DNA of 64,000 nt from Halodesulfurarchaeum sp. (GCA_034520565.1 JAXHNL010000002.1:256001-320000), one strand, 5' to 3'. Counted from the stretch's first letter, positions 48,276 through 59,860 are shown. The notes: generated from the letters alone by a model not told the origin. Program-made: numbers and translations.

Positions 48276-51200
48276 ATGTGTTCCATCGGGCTGTACACGG
48301 CGACCGATCAGCCGGTGTCCGCGATCCGGGCCGCCGCGGAGCGCCTCTCCGGGATCGATCTGTTGGTTCGGTCGGGGGCGGATCTGGCTGATCAGGCAGC
48401 CGTCTCGCGGTTCACCGAGCGGTTGGCCGAACAGGACGTGGCCGTGTTCTTTCTCCACGGGTCGGAATCGCGGCTGCCGGACTTCGAATCGGTCCGCCGG
48501 AGGGTTCAGGAGGCGGGCGTGCCGGTCGTCGTGTCCCGATCCGGGACGGCAGACGGAACTGGCGATTCCACGGTCGAACCGCCCGTTCAGCGACGGGTTG
48601 CCGACTATCTCGAGCGCGGGGGCGTCCTCAACGTGGCGAACATGGCCCGATACCTCGCCGACGAGTTCGGCGAGGGCACCTGGGCGGCCGACGAACCGGT
48701 CGACCTGCCGGAGACCGGGGTGTACCACCCCGACCATCCGGGCGCCACGGTCGACGAATTTCGCGAAACCTTCGACCCGGATCGGCCGACCGTCGGCATC
48801 TGGTTCTACGAGACCCACTGGACGTTCGAGAACACCCGCTACGTCGATGCACTCGTCCGGTCCCTCGAATCGCGGGGCGTGAACGCGTTTCCGGTGTTTA
48901 CCGCACCCACCGCCGATGATCCGGACGACCGTGACGCGGCCTGGGTCGCCGAGAACTGGTTCGCCGAGGAGTCGGGCGCCCGCGTGGATGCGATCCTCAC
49001 GACCTTCATGTACTCGATGAGTATGGACGAGCGGGGTCGCGCCGCGGCCGAGCCGACCGATCCGACCGCGACCGGCTTTCTCGAAGCCCTCGACGTGCCG
49101 GTCGTGCAGGCGATGGTCTCGATGCGGCCCCGGGCGGCCTATCACGCGGACGACGCCGGGCTCCCGCCGTTCGAACTCGCGCTCTCCGTGGCGCTCCCGG
49201 AACTCGACGGCGTGGTCGTCACCCACCCGATCAGCGGGAAAGAACGGGCGGGTGCCCCCGACGATTCGACCGTAAACGGAACGGCCCCGCTCCGACATCT
49301 CCCCATCGAGGGGCGGGTGGATCACGCCGCCCGGCTCGTCGCCAACTGGGCCCGACTCGGCCGGACGCCGGCAAGCGAGAAACGGATCGCCGTCGTCCTC
49401 CACAACTACCCGCCATCCGACGACGGGATCGGAACCGCCTTCGGACTGGATTCGCCGGCGAGTCTCGACACCCTCCTCGAGGCACTCGAGCGGCAGGGAT
49501 ACGACGTGACAAACCGGTTCGAGGACGGCCAGGCGATCGTCGAACGCCTCGTTCGACAGCTCACCCGGGACGCCCGCTGGACGGACCCGGACAGAGGGCC
49601 GACCGGTGTGGCACAGGTCACACCGAATACCTACCGGGAGTGGTTCGAGACACTCGACTCGGACCTGCGAGCAACACTTCGCGAGGAGTGGGGCGGCCCG
49701 CCGACCGCGCCGATCGAAATCCCGGGCGTGGAGTGCGGGAACGTCCTCGTCACCGTCCAGCCGCCGCGGGGATTCGAGGCCGACCCCGAAAAGGTCTACC
49801 ACGATTCCGCGCTGCAACCACCCCACGAGTACGTCGCGACCTACGCGTGGCTCGAGCGGACCTTCGAGGCCGACGCGATCGTCCATCTCGGCACCCACGG
49901 CAGCCTCGAGTGGTTGCCGGGGAAGACCGTCGGACTCGACGGGACGAGTGCGCCCGACGCCCTCATCGACGACGTGCCCAACGTCTACCCCTACATCGTC
50001 AACAATCCGGGCGAGGGGACCCAGGCCACCCGGCGCTCGTATGCCACGATCGTCGATCACCTGACCCCGCCCATGCGGGCGGCCGGAATTCACGACGACC
50101 TCGCCGACCTCGAAGCGCTGGTCCGGGAGTACCGCGACCGGAACCGTGACGGAGCCGCGCCGACGGACCTCGCCGGGCTCGAGTCGCGGATTCGGTCGCT
50201 GGTTGCCGAGGCTGACCTGGGCCCCGACCTCGGGATCGAAAGCGGCGAGACAGTCGCGATGGCGGAGTTGGTGCGTGCCCTCCACGGGTACCTCACCGAC
50301 GTGAAACAGACCCAGATCCGGATGGGGCTCCACCTGCTCGGGGAGCCACCGACCGGCGATCGACTCGTGGAGTACCTCTACGCCCTCACGCGGTTCGAAA
50401 ACCCCGGTGCTCCGAGCCTTCGGGACGCCGTGGCCGGGGCCATGGGCGTCCCCGCCGATCGGATGATCGAGGAGCCGGAGCGCTACGACCCCGACCTCGG
50501 ACTGTACTATTCCGTGGCCGCCGAACGCGTCAGGGAGGAGAGTCTCGACCTCGTGGAAGCCCTGGCCGATCGCGGATTCGACGTTTCCGAGCGCGAAATC
50601 GACGCGCTGATCGAGGACCTCCCGGTGCTCGGGACCGAGCGGGACCCCGAGGCCGTCGCGGCTCTCGAATCGGCCCTTGCCTTCATCGCGACCGACCTCG
50701 TGGGACGGATCGAGGCCGCCCGGACCGAACTGTCGAACACGGTCGCCGCTCTCGAGGGATCTTACGTTCCGCCGGGAAAGAGCGGCGCCCCGACCCGCGG
50801 CGGCGCCGACATCCTGCCGACGGGGCGGAACTTCTTCACGCTCGACCCGCGGGGAGTTCCCTCGAAAGCCGCCTGGCGAGTTGGCCAGTCGATTGCAGAT
50901 GGCGTCCTCGAGCGCCACCTCGAGTCGGAGGGGTCCTACCCCGAGGAAGTCGGGGTCGTCGCCTGGGGAACCCCGACCGTCCGGACGCGGGGCGAGACGA
51001 TCGCACAGATCCTCGCCCTGCTCGGGGTCGAACCGCGCTGGACCGACGCGGGCCGAGTGGACGGGGTAGAACCGATCCCGCTCGCCGAACTCGGCCGCCC
51101 CCGGATCGACGTCACCACCCGCATCTCGGGCCTGTTCCGGGACGCCTTCCCCGGCGTCGCGGGACTCGTTCAGGAGGCCGTCGAGACGGTCGCCGCCCTC

Positions 51201-52034
51201 GAGGAGCCGCCGGAGCAAAACTTCGTGCGGAAACACCACCTTGAGGAGCGAGGCGGCGACGAGGCGGAAAACGGAGCGGGCGATCCGACGCTTCAGCGCG
51301 TGTTCACCACTCGACCCGGTGGCTACGGCTCCGGGACGAACAAGGCCATCACGACGGGCGAGTGGGACGAGGTGTCGGACCTGGCCGACGTCTTTGTGAC
51401 CTGGGGCGGCTACGCCGTCGACGAATCGGGCGAGGTGAAGGAGGCACACGAGGCACTCGAAACCCGTCTCGAGGGGATCGAGGCGACGGTCAAACTCGAG
51501 GACACCGAAGAACAGGACGAGTTCGACAGCTCGGATTGGTATGCCTTCCACGGCGGTTTCAAACGCGCCGTCGCCGACCGCAGCGGAAGCGAACCCGCCT
51601 CGTACGTCGGGGACGCGAGTGATCCCGACCGACCGCGGATCTACACGAACACCGAGAAACTCAGACAGACAATGCGCAGCAGAGTACTCAATCCCGACTG
51701 GATCGACAGCATGGAAGACCACGACTACAAGGGTGCCGGCGACCTCGCAAACACGGTCGAGATCACCCTCGGCTGGGCCGCGACGACCGATGCCATCAGC
51801 GACACGCTCTGGGAGCAGATTGCGGCCGAGTACGCCTTTGACGAGGACCGACAGGAGTGGTTCATGGCCGAAAACCCGTGGGCGCTCGAACACGTGACCG
51901 AAACGCTCCTCGAGGCCATCGACCGGGATCTCTGGAGGACCGATCAGGAGACGATCGATCGGCTCCGTGACCTGCAACTCGAGGTCGACGGGGCCCTGGA
52001 AGCCGGGCCCGACGGGCCGGAGGTGGCCCGATGA
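48276..52034 (+). CDS. cobN: Cobaltochelatase large subunit CobN
   Basis: LPELDG, NYPP, HLGTHGSLEWLPGK, YIVNNPGEG, LPTGRNF, RPRIDV; 1252 aa. Confidence 0.96.
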   Translation: MCSIGLYTATDQPVSAIRAAAERLSGIDLLVRSGADLADQAAVSRFTERLAEQDVAVFFLHGSESRLPDFESVRRRVQEAGVPVVVSRSGTADGTGDSTVEPPVQRRVADYLERGGVLNVANMARYLADEFGEGTWAADEPVDLPETGVYHPDHPGATVDEFRETFDPDRPTVGIWFYETHWTFENTRYVDALVRSLESRGVNAFPVFTAPTADDPDDRDAAWVAENWFAEESGARVDAILTTFMYSMSMDERGRAAAEPTDPTATGFLEALDVPVVQAMVSMRPRAAYHADDAGLPPFELALSVALPELDGVVVTHPISGKERAGAPDDSTVNGTAPLRHLPIEGRVDHAARLVANWARLGRTPASEKRIAVVLHNYPPSDDGIGTAFGLDSPASLDTLLEALERQGYDVTNRFEDGQAIVERLVRQLTRDARWTDPDRGPTGVAQVTPNTYREWFETLDSDLRATLREEWGGPPTAPIEIPGVECGNVLVTVQPPRGFEADPEKVYHDSALQPPHEYVATYAWLERTFEADAIVHLGTHGSLEWLPGKTVGLDGTSAPDALIDDVPNVYPYIVNNPGEGTQATRRSYATIVDHLTPPMRAAGIHDDLADLEALVREYRDRNRDGAAPTDLAGLESRIRSLVAEADLGPDLGIESGETVAMAELVRALHGYLTDVKQTQIRMGLHLLGEPPTGDRLVEYLYALTRFENPGAPSLRDAVAGAMGVPADRMIEEPERYDPDLGLYYSVAAERVREESLDLVEALADRGFDVSEREIDALIEDLPVLGTERDPEAVAALESALAFIATDLVGRIEAARTELSNTVAALEGSYVPPGKSGAPTRGGADILPTGRNFFTLDPRGVPSKAAWRVGQSIADGVLERHLESEGSYPEEVGVVAWGTPTVRTRGETIAQILALLGVEPRWTDAGRVDGVEPIPLAELGRPRIDVTTRISGLFRDAFPGVAGLVQEAVETVAALEEPPEQNFVRKHHLEERGGDEAENGAGDPTLQRVFTTRPGGYGSGTNKAITTGEWDEVSDLADVFVTWGGYAVDESGEVKEAHEALETRLEGIEATVKLEDTEEQDEFDSSDWYAFHGGFKRAVADRSGSEPASYVGDASDPDRPRIYTNTEKLRQTMRSRVLNPDWIDSMEDHDYKGAGDLANTVEITLGWAATTDAISDTLWEQIAAEYAFDEDRQEWFMAENPWALEHVTETLLEAIDRDLWRTDQETIDRLRDLQLEVDGALEAGPDGPEVAR

Positions 52035-52696
52035 CTGATGCAGACGAGACGGACCTCGGAGCGACGACACAGGACGGGACCGACATCGCCGAGGCCAGCC
52101 TCGACATCGTCGCCCATCTCGTGCCGGGGGACACCCTCGAGGACCGATTTCGGCGGAAGGCCGTCCACGCGACTGGCGATCCCGAGTTCCAGTACCTCAT
52201 GCGCTTTACCGACGATCCGATTCGCAGCGGGGCCGAAGCCGTCCTCGCGGGCAACCCGATCGTCACGGACGTCACGATGCCCCGCCACGGCATCACCGAC
52301 CGCAACCACGACTGCGAGAAGCACACCGCACTGGGAGCGGGTGATGACCTCGCCGAATCCGAGGGGCTCACGCGAACGGCCGCGGGGGTCATCTCGCTCG
52401 CGGAACGGGGGATCTACGACGACGCGATTGCCGTGATCGGAAACGCACCGACGGCGGCACTCACGCTCGCGGACCGGATCGAGAACGGGACCCGGCCCGC
52501 CGTCGTCGTGGCCACCCCGGTCGGGTTCATCAAGTCCGCGGAGAGCCGGGCCCGGCTCCGTGAGGCCGGCGAGGAGTACGGGGTTCCGACGATCACAAAC
52601 GTCGGGCGGCGGGGTGGCAGCGGGCTTGCGGCCGCGCTCGCGAACGAACTGATTCACGTGGCAAGTGACATGGACGCGGGGGAGATCGAGCGATGA
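52031..52696 (+). CDS. cbiC: Cobalt-precorrin-8 methylmutase
   Basis: HATGD, TRTAAG, IGNAPTA, PVGF, GRRGGSGLAAA. Confidence 0.95.
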   Translation: MTDADETDLGATTQDGTDIAEASLDIVAHLVPGDTLEDRFRRKAVHATGDPEFQYLMRFTDDPIRSGAEAVLAGNPIVTDVTMPRHGITDRNHDCEKHTALGAGDDLAESEGLTRTAAGVISLAERGIYDDAIAVIGNAPTAALTLADRIENGTRPAVVVATPVGFIKSAESRARLREAGEEYGVPTITNVGRRGGSGLAAALANELIHVASDMDAGEIER

Positions 52697-53451
52697 GCGA
52701 TTACGACCTCGATTCGGGCCCCGATCCGGCCGCCGCGGCCGCCGCCGAGCCGGAGGACCCCGCGGCCGAGGATCCCGTCATTGCAGTCGGAATCGGGCCG
52801 GGAAACACCGACTTCCTCACGAAGCGCGGCCGGGACGCGATCCGGGAGGCCGACGTCGTCGTGGGTTTCACCACGGTCGTCGAAATGATCGCGGACCACA
52901 CCGACGCCGAGTTGCTCACCTGTGGCTACGAGGACGAGGCCGAGGCCCTCGAAGCGTTCGGCGAGCGGGTGGCGGCGGGGGCGACTGGGGTTGCGGTCCT
53001 CATGGGCGATCCGAACCACTCCGGCTACCAGTTCCTCGGGAAGGTCGAGGGAGCGGTCGACCGACCGGTTCGGGTCGTCCCCGGCATCTCCGCGATCCAG
53101 ATGGCTGCGAGTCGGGCTCGAACCCCCCTCGAAGACACGCGCTTCGTCACATTGCACAAGTCCGGAGACATCGAACCGGACCTGGCACGCCTGCGAGAGG
53201 TCGTCGGCGAGCGCAACCTGCTGGTGCTCCCGCGGCCCTACGACGTGATGCCCGGGGACATCGCCGCCGACCTGCTGGATTCGGGGGCCGATCCCGAACT
53301 CGACACCCTCGTTCTCGAAAAACTCACCCACGCGGACGAATCGGTGACCCGACTAACGCTCGGCGAACTGGCCGAACACGCCGACGGCGACGGTCCCGAA
53401 GACACGCCCTTCTCGGATCTCACGGTGCTCGCGGTTCGAGCGCCGCGATAG
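52693..53451 (+). CDS. cbiE: Cobalt-precorrin-7 C5-methyltransferase
   Basis: VGIGPG, MGDPNHSGY, VPGISAIQ, EKLT. Confidence 0.92.
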   Translation: MSDYDLDSGPDPAAAAAAEPEDPAAEDPVIAVGIGPGNTDFLTKRGRDAIREADVVVGFTTVVEMIADHTDAELLTCGYEDEAEALEAFGERVAAGATGVAVLMGDPNHSGYQFLGKVEGAVDRPVRVVPGISAIQMAASRARTPLEDTRFVTLHKSGDIEPDLARLREVVGERNLLVLPRPYDVMPGDIAADLLDSGADPELDTLVLEKLTHADESVTRLTLGELAEHADGDGPEDTPFSDLTVLAVRAPR

Positions 53452-53532
53452 AATAAGCTTGGTGCGAAATTGCGCGGAAAGTAACAGTGAGACGGTGAGT
53501 ACGTTTTTCGATGCGGAGGCCAATAGCAACCT

Positions 53533-53871
53533 ATGGACCACGTTCCACAGTCGGCCGTCGAAACGGCCGAACCCATCGACGGCGTGCAGTTGCGGCTGCT
53601 CGCGAATGGGGAGAGCGCCAACGTCCAGCAGTACCGGATCGAACCGGGCGGAGTAGTTCCGGAACACAGCCACCCCCACGAGCAACTGGGGTACCTGGTT
53701 CGTGGCGAACTCACGTTCGTACTGGACGGCGAGGAAGTCATCGTCGAAGCGGGCGACAGCTATCGACTCGCCGGCGACGAGCCACACGCCGTGGAAAACA
53801 GGAGCGACACCCTCGCCGAGGGCATCGACGTGTTCAGTCCGCCCCGGACGGACCCGAACTGGGCAGAGTGA
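53533..53871 (+). CDS. Cupin domain protein
   Basis: PEHSHPHEQLGY...GDSY...EPH, DVFSPPR. Confidence 0.9.
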   Translation: MDHVPQSAVETAEPIDGVQLRLLANGESANVQQYRIEPGGVVPEHSHPHEQLGYLVRGELTFVLDGEEVIVEAGDSYRLAGDEPHAVENRSDTLAEGIDVFSPPRTDPNWAE

Positions 53872-53979
53872 TCTCGAGAAGCAGGCAGTTGAAATCGGCC
53901 CCCCGCAACAGACACGGAACCCCATATCGTATTTTTCACCAGCGGTAGTGACAAACGGTCGAATCGCACTGGGACCCTG

Positions 53980-54332
53980 CTACTGAAGTTCTTCAACGAG
54001 TGAAGTGACCGCTCGATCAACGAGACCACCGTCGAGACGCCCCTGCCAGAAGTCGATATCAGCGTGATCGATCGATTGGACACCCCATGGGACGATCCGA
54101 CTCTCCTTCGGTGTCCCACCGCGAAGCCAACGCTCCTCGGGAATGACGATGAGTCCGTCCAGCCAGGACCTCGACGTGAGGGTCACGACGATGTACTGCT
54201 CACCGTGGAACGGGCGTCCCTCGTGGTTCGAGAGAACGAGCCAGGGTCGACCGGCCCCGTCCCCTTGAACGGATCGACACCGTAGACCACGTCTCCCCGC
54301 CTGAAAACAGGCGTCGGTTCTTCGTCGGTCAC
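53980..54332 (-). pseudogene. PemK/MazF-like toxin, frameshifted at about 54262
   Basis: N-part VTDEEPTPVFRRGDVVYGVDPFKG and C-part DGAGRPWLVLSN...VTLTS lie in different frames; RGD-x(n)-RP-LVLS-x(n)-T is the PemK signature. Confidence 0.75.
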
Positions 54333-54700
54333 TGTTGGTTCTCGGCACCCGGGTGTGGTTCCTTCGGGGCGTGCTCGCGCCACGCCTCCCTGTCCTCGTC
54401 ACCGAGTTGATCGTTGAACAGCGCAGTCGCCCGTTCGTACCCACTGTATCCTTCGAGACGGTCGACGTCGTCGGTCACCGCCCAGTACGTCGCCTTGTGT
54501 TCGACGAGGTCCCGGTTCTTCAATCGGGAGAGAGCGGTGCTAACCGCACCCACCCCAGCCCCGATCCGGGAGGCGATTTCTCGGGCCTCGAACGCACGAT
54601 CCTGGTTGGCAGCGAGAAAGCCCAGGACCTGATCCGGGACCGAAAGGTCCGAGAGTTCGTTCTCACTCGTGTTTTCGAACGTGTCTCGGTCGATGGACAT
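54329..54700 (-). CDS. HTH (MarR-like) protein, putative antitoxin
   Basis: AFEAREIASRIGAGVGAVSTALSRLKNRDLVEHKATYW wHTH; GTGA overlap with the toxin gene. Confidence 0.8.
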   Translation of the reverse strand: MSIDRDTFENTSENELSDLSVPDQVLGFLAANQDRAFEAREIASRIGAGVGAVSTALSRLKNRDLVEHKATYWAVTDDVDRLEGYSGYERATALFNDQLGDEDREAWREHAPKEPHPGAENQQ

Positions 54701-54772
54701 CGTTGAATGCGTATCGGTCGCCCGGTGTAAAGAGTGTTAGGGATGAAATCTATGAAACCGATGAAAGAGATT

Positions 54773-56029
<1,257 letters not shown>

Positions 56030-56113
56030 ACGCGAGCGGAGAGCGGGCCCACCCAAAAGGACTGCCTTTCGCCCGGACCGGGAGATTTTCGCCGAGCCGG
56101 TCCAAGAGCCGGT

Positions 56114-56971
56114 ATGCACGTCATCGCACACGGGGGCGCAGGGGGCACCTCGGGGGAGCCAGCGAAACGGCAGGCTGTCCTGGCCGATGCCGTCGACGAC
56201 GGTGCGGCAGCCGACACGCCCCTCGACGCGGTCGAAACCACCATCAGACGCCTCGAAACGGACGCCCGATTCAACGCCGGCGTCGGCGGGGCCGTGCAAA
56301 GCGACGGCGTGAGCCGGACCGACGCGGGCCTGATGACCGGCGACGGGAAGATCGGCGCCGCGGCGTCGATGCCCGGCGTGGAACACGCAATCAGCGCCGC
56401 CCGAGTCGTCCTCGAGGAAACGCCCCACGTCCTGCTTTCGGGCCGCCACGCAACCGAACTGGCGGCCGATTTCGGAATCGAAATCGATCGAAACCTGTCC
56501 TCGGAGCACTCTCGGGAGCGATGGAGCGAGGCCCCGGATCCCCCGTCAGGGGGTCCCCGAGCCCAGCTCGAATGGGTGTACGAGCGGTTCGGCGGCACGG
56601 ACACCGTCGGGGCTGTGGCCACCAACGGGGAGGAAATTGCGGTGGGCACGTCGACAGCGGGGCGGTGGTTCGCCCTCGCCGGGCGTATCGGGGACGTTCC
56701 ACAGGTCGGGAGCGGCTTTTTCGCCGGGGAGACCGCTGCCGCGAGCGCGACCGGTGCGGGTGAGGATATCGCCCGGAGCACCCTGGCTCGGCTAGCCGTC
56801 CAACGCGTCGAATCCGGAGCAACTCCTGCCGACGCAGCCAAAGGGGCCCTCACAGCGTTCGAGGAGCTGACGGACTCGACAGCCGGCCTGATCGTCCTCG
56901 ATCGGGAGGGGAACCGGGGCGAGGCCTTCAATTCCGAAGCCATGCAGACCGCGGCTGTCGGGTCCGATTGA
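56114..56971 (+). CDS. Isoaspartyl peptidase / L-asparaginase (Ntn hydrolase)
   Basis: IAHGGAG, FNAGVG, D|TVGAVA nucleophile, TSTAG, GRIGD, TGAGE. Confidence 0.93.
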   Translation: MHVIAHGGAGGTSGEPAKRQAVLADAVDDGAAADTPLDAVETTIRRLETDARFNAGVGGAVQSDGVSRTDAGLMTGDGKIGAAASMPGVEHAISAARVVLEETPHVLLSGRHATELAADFGIEIDRNLSSEHSRERWSEAPDPPSGGPRAQLEWVYERFGGTDTVGAVATNGEEIAVGTSTAGRWFALAGRIGDVPQVGSGFFAGETAAASATGAGEDIARSTLARLAVQRVESGATPADAAKGALTAFEELTDSTAGLIVLDREGNRGEAFNSEAMQTAAVGSD

Positions 56972-57050
56972 GTGGTCCGCCCCGGGATCGGGTCCGCCGA
57001 CGAGGGGGCAACCCACAAGCACTTTTGCCCTCTCCGGCGAATCCCGTGTC

Positions 57051-57944
57051 ATGGCAGACGTGGATCTCGACGCCGAGCGATTCGAGAAGTACCGGGAAGC
57101 GGGGGACATCCTCCGGGAGACGATGGACGCGGCCGCCGAGCGCGTGGAGCCGGGAGTCACCCACCTCGAAGTCGCCGAGTTCGCCGAGGCACGGATCGAG
57201 GAGGCCGGCGGGAAACCGGCCTTCCCGGCGAACATCAGCATCGACGAGGAGGCCTCACACGCCACGCCGGGCCGGGACGAGGAGACCGAGTTCGCCGAGG
57301 GCGACCTGGTGTGTCTCGACCTCGGGGTCCACGTGGACGGCTGGATCGCCGACGCCGCGATAACCGTCGATCTGGGCGATCACGACGAACTGGTCGCGGC
57401 CGCCGAGGACGCCCTCGACGCCGCACTCGATGTGGCGGGGCCGGGCGTCCACACCGGCGAGATCGGCGCAGCGATCGAAGAGACGATCGACGATGCGGGG
57501 TTCAACCCGGTCGTCAACCTGAGCGGCCACGGCCTCGAGGAGTACGACGCCCACACGGGCCCGACGATCCCGAACCGGGGCGTCGACACCGGAATCGAAC
57601 TCGAGGTCGGCGACGTCGTGGCGATCGAGCCCTTCGCCACGGACGGTCGGGGCACGGTCTCGGAGGGCCAGAAGACCGAGATCTACTCCCTGCAGACCGA
57701 GCGGTCGGTCCGCAACCGGAAGGCCCGGGAATTGCTCGAGACGGTGGTCGAGGAGTACGACCGGCTCCCGTTCGCGGCGCGGTGGTTCGAGGGCGGCCGG
57801 ACCGACATGACGCTGAACCGACTGACCCAACAGAACGTCCTGGAGAGTTATCCGGTCCTGAAGGGAGAGGGTGGCTCCCTGATCAGCCAGGCCGAGCACA
57901 CGGTGATCGTCACCGAGGACGGCGTCGAGATCACGACCGAGTGA
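57051..57944 (+). CDS. map: Methionine aminopeptidase type II
   Basis: AFP, SHATP, DLGVHVDG..AD, LSGHG, AIEPF, QAEHT. Confidence 0.96.
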   Translation: MADVDLDAERFEKYREAGDILRETMDAAAERVEPGVTHLEVAEFAEARIEEAGGKPAFPANISIDEEASHATPGRDEETEFAEGDLVCLDLGVHVDGWIADAAITVDLGDHDELVAAAEDALDAALDVAGPGVHTGEIGAAIEETIDDAGFNPVVNLSGHGLEEYDAHTGPTIPNRGVDTGIELEVGDVVAIEPFATDGRGTVSEGQKTEIYSLQTERSVRNRKARELLETVVEEYDRLPFAARWFEGGRTDMTLNRLTQQNVLESYPVLKGEGGSLISQAEHTVIVTEDGVEITTE

Positions 57945-58008
57945 CGGTTCGACTCGCCGGCCCGGCTCCGTTCCCAACAGTTACCTCCCGGCCGGGCCTG
58001 TGTCCGGT

Positions 58009-58554
58009 ATGGATTCGATCTTCGCCCCCTGGCGGATCGACTGGGTCGAACGCGACCCGTCGATGGACGACATCGAGGGGTGTGCCTTCTGCGAACTCCC
58101 GGAGCGGAACGCGGATCGCGAGTATCGCATCGTCGCTCGCAACGACGTGGCTTTTGTCCTGCTGAACAACTACCCGTACAACCCCGGGCACGCGATGGTG
58201 ATCCCCTTCGAACACGTCGCCGAGTACCGATCCTTCGACGAGGACACCCTCCTCGGTCACTCCCGGCTCACCCAGCAGACGATCGAAGCCCTCGACCGGA
58301 CGCTCTCGCCGGACGGGTTCAACACCGGCCTGAACCTCGGGGACGGGGCCGCAGGGGGTTCGATCAACGACCACGTCCACACTCACGTCATCCCCCGCTG
58401 GCGGGGCGATACGAACTTCATGCCGGTCATCTCGGAGACGAAAGTCATCGTCGAAGCCCTCGAGGACACCTACGAGCGGCTCCACGAGGCCTTCGAAACG
58501 CTCGAGGGCGCGGAACGGCGGGGCCTCGATCGAGCCGTCGAGGTTTCGCGCTGA
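58009..58554 (+). CDS. HIT family hydrolase
   Basis: FAPWR, CAFC, NNYPYNPGH, HVHTH. Confidence 0.93.
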   Translation: MDSIFAPWRIDWVERDPSMDDIEGCAFCELPERNADREYRIVARNDVAFVLLNNYPYNPGHAMVIPFEHVAEYRSFDEDTLLGHSRLTQQTIEALDRTLSPDGFNTGLNLGDGAAGGSINDHVHTHVIPRWRGDTNFMPVISETKVIVEALEDTYERLHEAFETLEGAERRGLDRAVEVSR

Positions 58555-58732
58555 CCGGCCAGAACTATCAAAGTCAATAAATAATGATCGACGGCCGTGG
58601 CCGAGGTGTCAGGAAGTCCGTGGCGACTGCCAGCAGTCATCCGGTTTGAAGACGGTAAACAGTTTAACGGTACATACCAATTGTAACAACAATCCGATAC
58701 ATCTTTGGGAGGGGGCAGCAAACTCCGGTGGT

Positions 58733-59860
58733 GTGACCGTTGGCTATCGAACGATCGCCCCGACCGACGCCGACTGGACGTCACACGTCGGCTACGGGGT
58801 GATGCTCGGGTTGGCGTGGGTACTCGTGGCGTTCAGTACGGCACGAGCCCTCCAGCCTGGCCCCTCGCTCCCCGCCAGGCTGGTCAGCGTCGCGATCCCG
58901 ACGATTTTCGCGATCACGCTGTTCGTCGGTGGGTTCGGCCTGTTCCTTTACGGCCTGCTCGATGAGGCCTTCCGCATCGCGAAGTGGACGGTGCTCGGGA
59001 CGGCGGCCGTCGTCACCGCCGTCGTGGCGAATTCCATCTGGTTTACGTACGTCGATTTCGCCTTCGACGCGGCCCTCTACACACTCGTGAACGCCGCCAT
59101 CAGCGGGGCGATTCTCGGTTTCCTCGTCGGCATCTACGACGCCCACCGGACCCAGCTGGAGCAGGATCTCACGGCGGAGAGCGAGCACGCCGCGGAACTG
59201 GCCCAGCGGCTAAGCGTCATCAACCGCGTGCTCCGACACGACATGCGCCACCAGACCCAGCTCATCCAGGGGCACGCGGACCGGTTGGTCCAGGGAGACC
59301 TCGATCGAGAGACGGCAGCCGGCCGCATTCAGCAGGCGAACGACCGGCTGCTCGACCTCGCAGAGCAGACTCGAAAGCTCCAGGAACTGCTCAGCGGCGA
59401 CCGCTTTGGCACCGATAGAATCGACCTCGTCGAGTACGCCGACCGCGCCTGCGAGACGGTGCAGGCTCGACATCCGGAGCTGGAAATCGACTGTGACCTC
59501 CCGGCCGAGCAGCCGGTTCGGGCCACGCCGCTGATCGAGGACGTGATCAAAGAGTTGCTCGACAACGCGGCGGTTCACAACGACGCGAACCAACCACGGG
59601 CCACCCTCTCCGTCTCCGTCGATGCGGACGCGGAGCGACCCGTCGAACTGACCGTTCTCGACAACGGTCCCGGACTCCCGAAGACCGAACCGAGTCGGGA
59701 AGCGAATTCGATGGAATCCCAACTCCACCACAGCAACGGGTTCGGACTCTGGTTCGTCACCTGGGTCCTCGAGGACACCGCCGGCGAAATCGGTTTTTCG
59801 ACCCCCGATCGGCCGGACGTCGGAACCGAAGTCACGCTCCGATTCCCGGCCCCCGCCTGA
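58733..59860 (+). CDS. Membrane-bound sensor histidine kinase (start uncertain: GTG 58733 or ATG 58802)
   Basis: About 4 TM helices, RVLRHDMRH H-box, ELLDNAAVHN, DNGPGLP, HSNGFGLW. Confidence 0.88.
   Translation: MTVGYRTIAPTDADWTSHVGYGVMLGLAWVLVAFSTARALQPGPSLPARLVSVAIPTIFAITLFVGGFGLFLYGLLDEAFRIAKWTVLGTAAVVTAVVANSIWFTYVDFAFDAALYTLVNAAISGAILGFLVGIYDAHRTQLEQDLTAESEHAAELAQRLSVINRVLRHDMRHQTQLIQGHADRLVQGDLDRETAAGRIQQANDRLLDLAEQTRKLQELLSGDRFGTDRIDLVEYADRACETVQARHPELEIDCDLPAEQPVRATPLIEDVIKELLDNAAVHNDANQPRATLSVSVDADAERPVELTVLDNGPGLPKTEPSREANSMESQLHHSNGFGLWFVTWVLEDTAGEIGFSTPDRPDVGTEVTLRFPAPA

Noticed and set aside
47952-52070. 1372-aa ORF on the minus strand
   Set aside because: Antisense shadow of cobN; high-GC codon bias suppresses stop codons, and it has no recognisable motifs.
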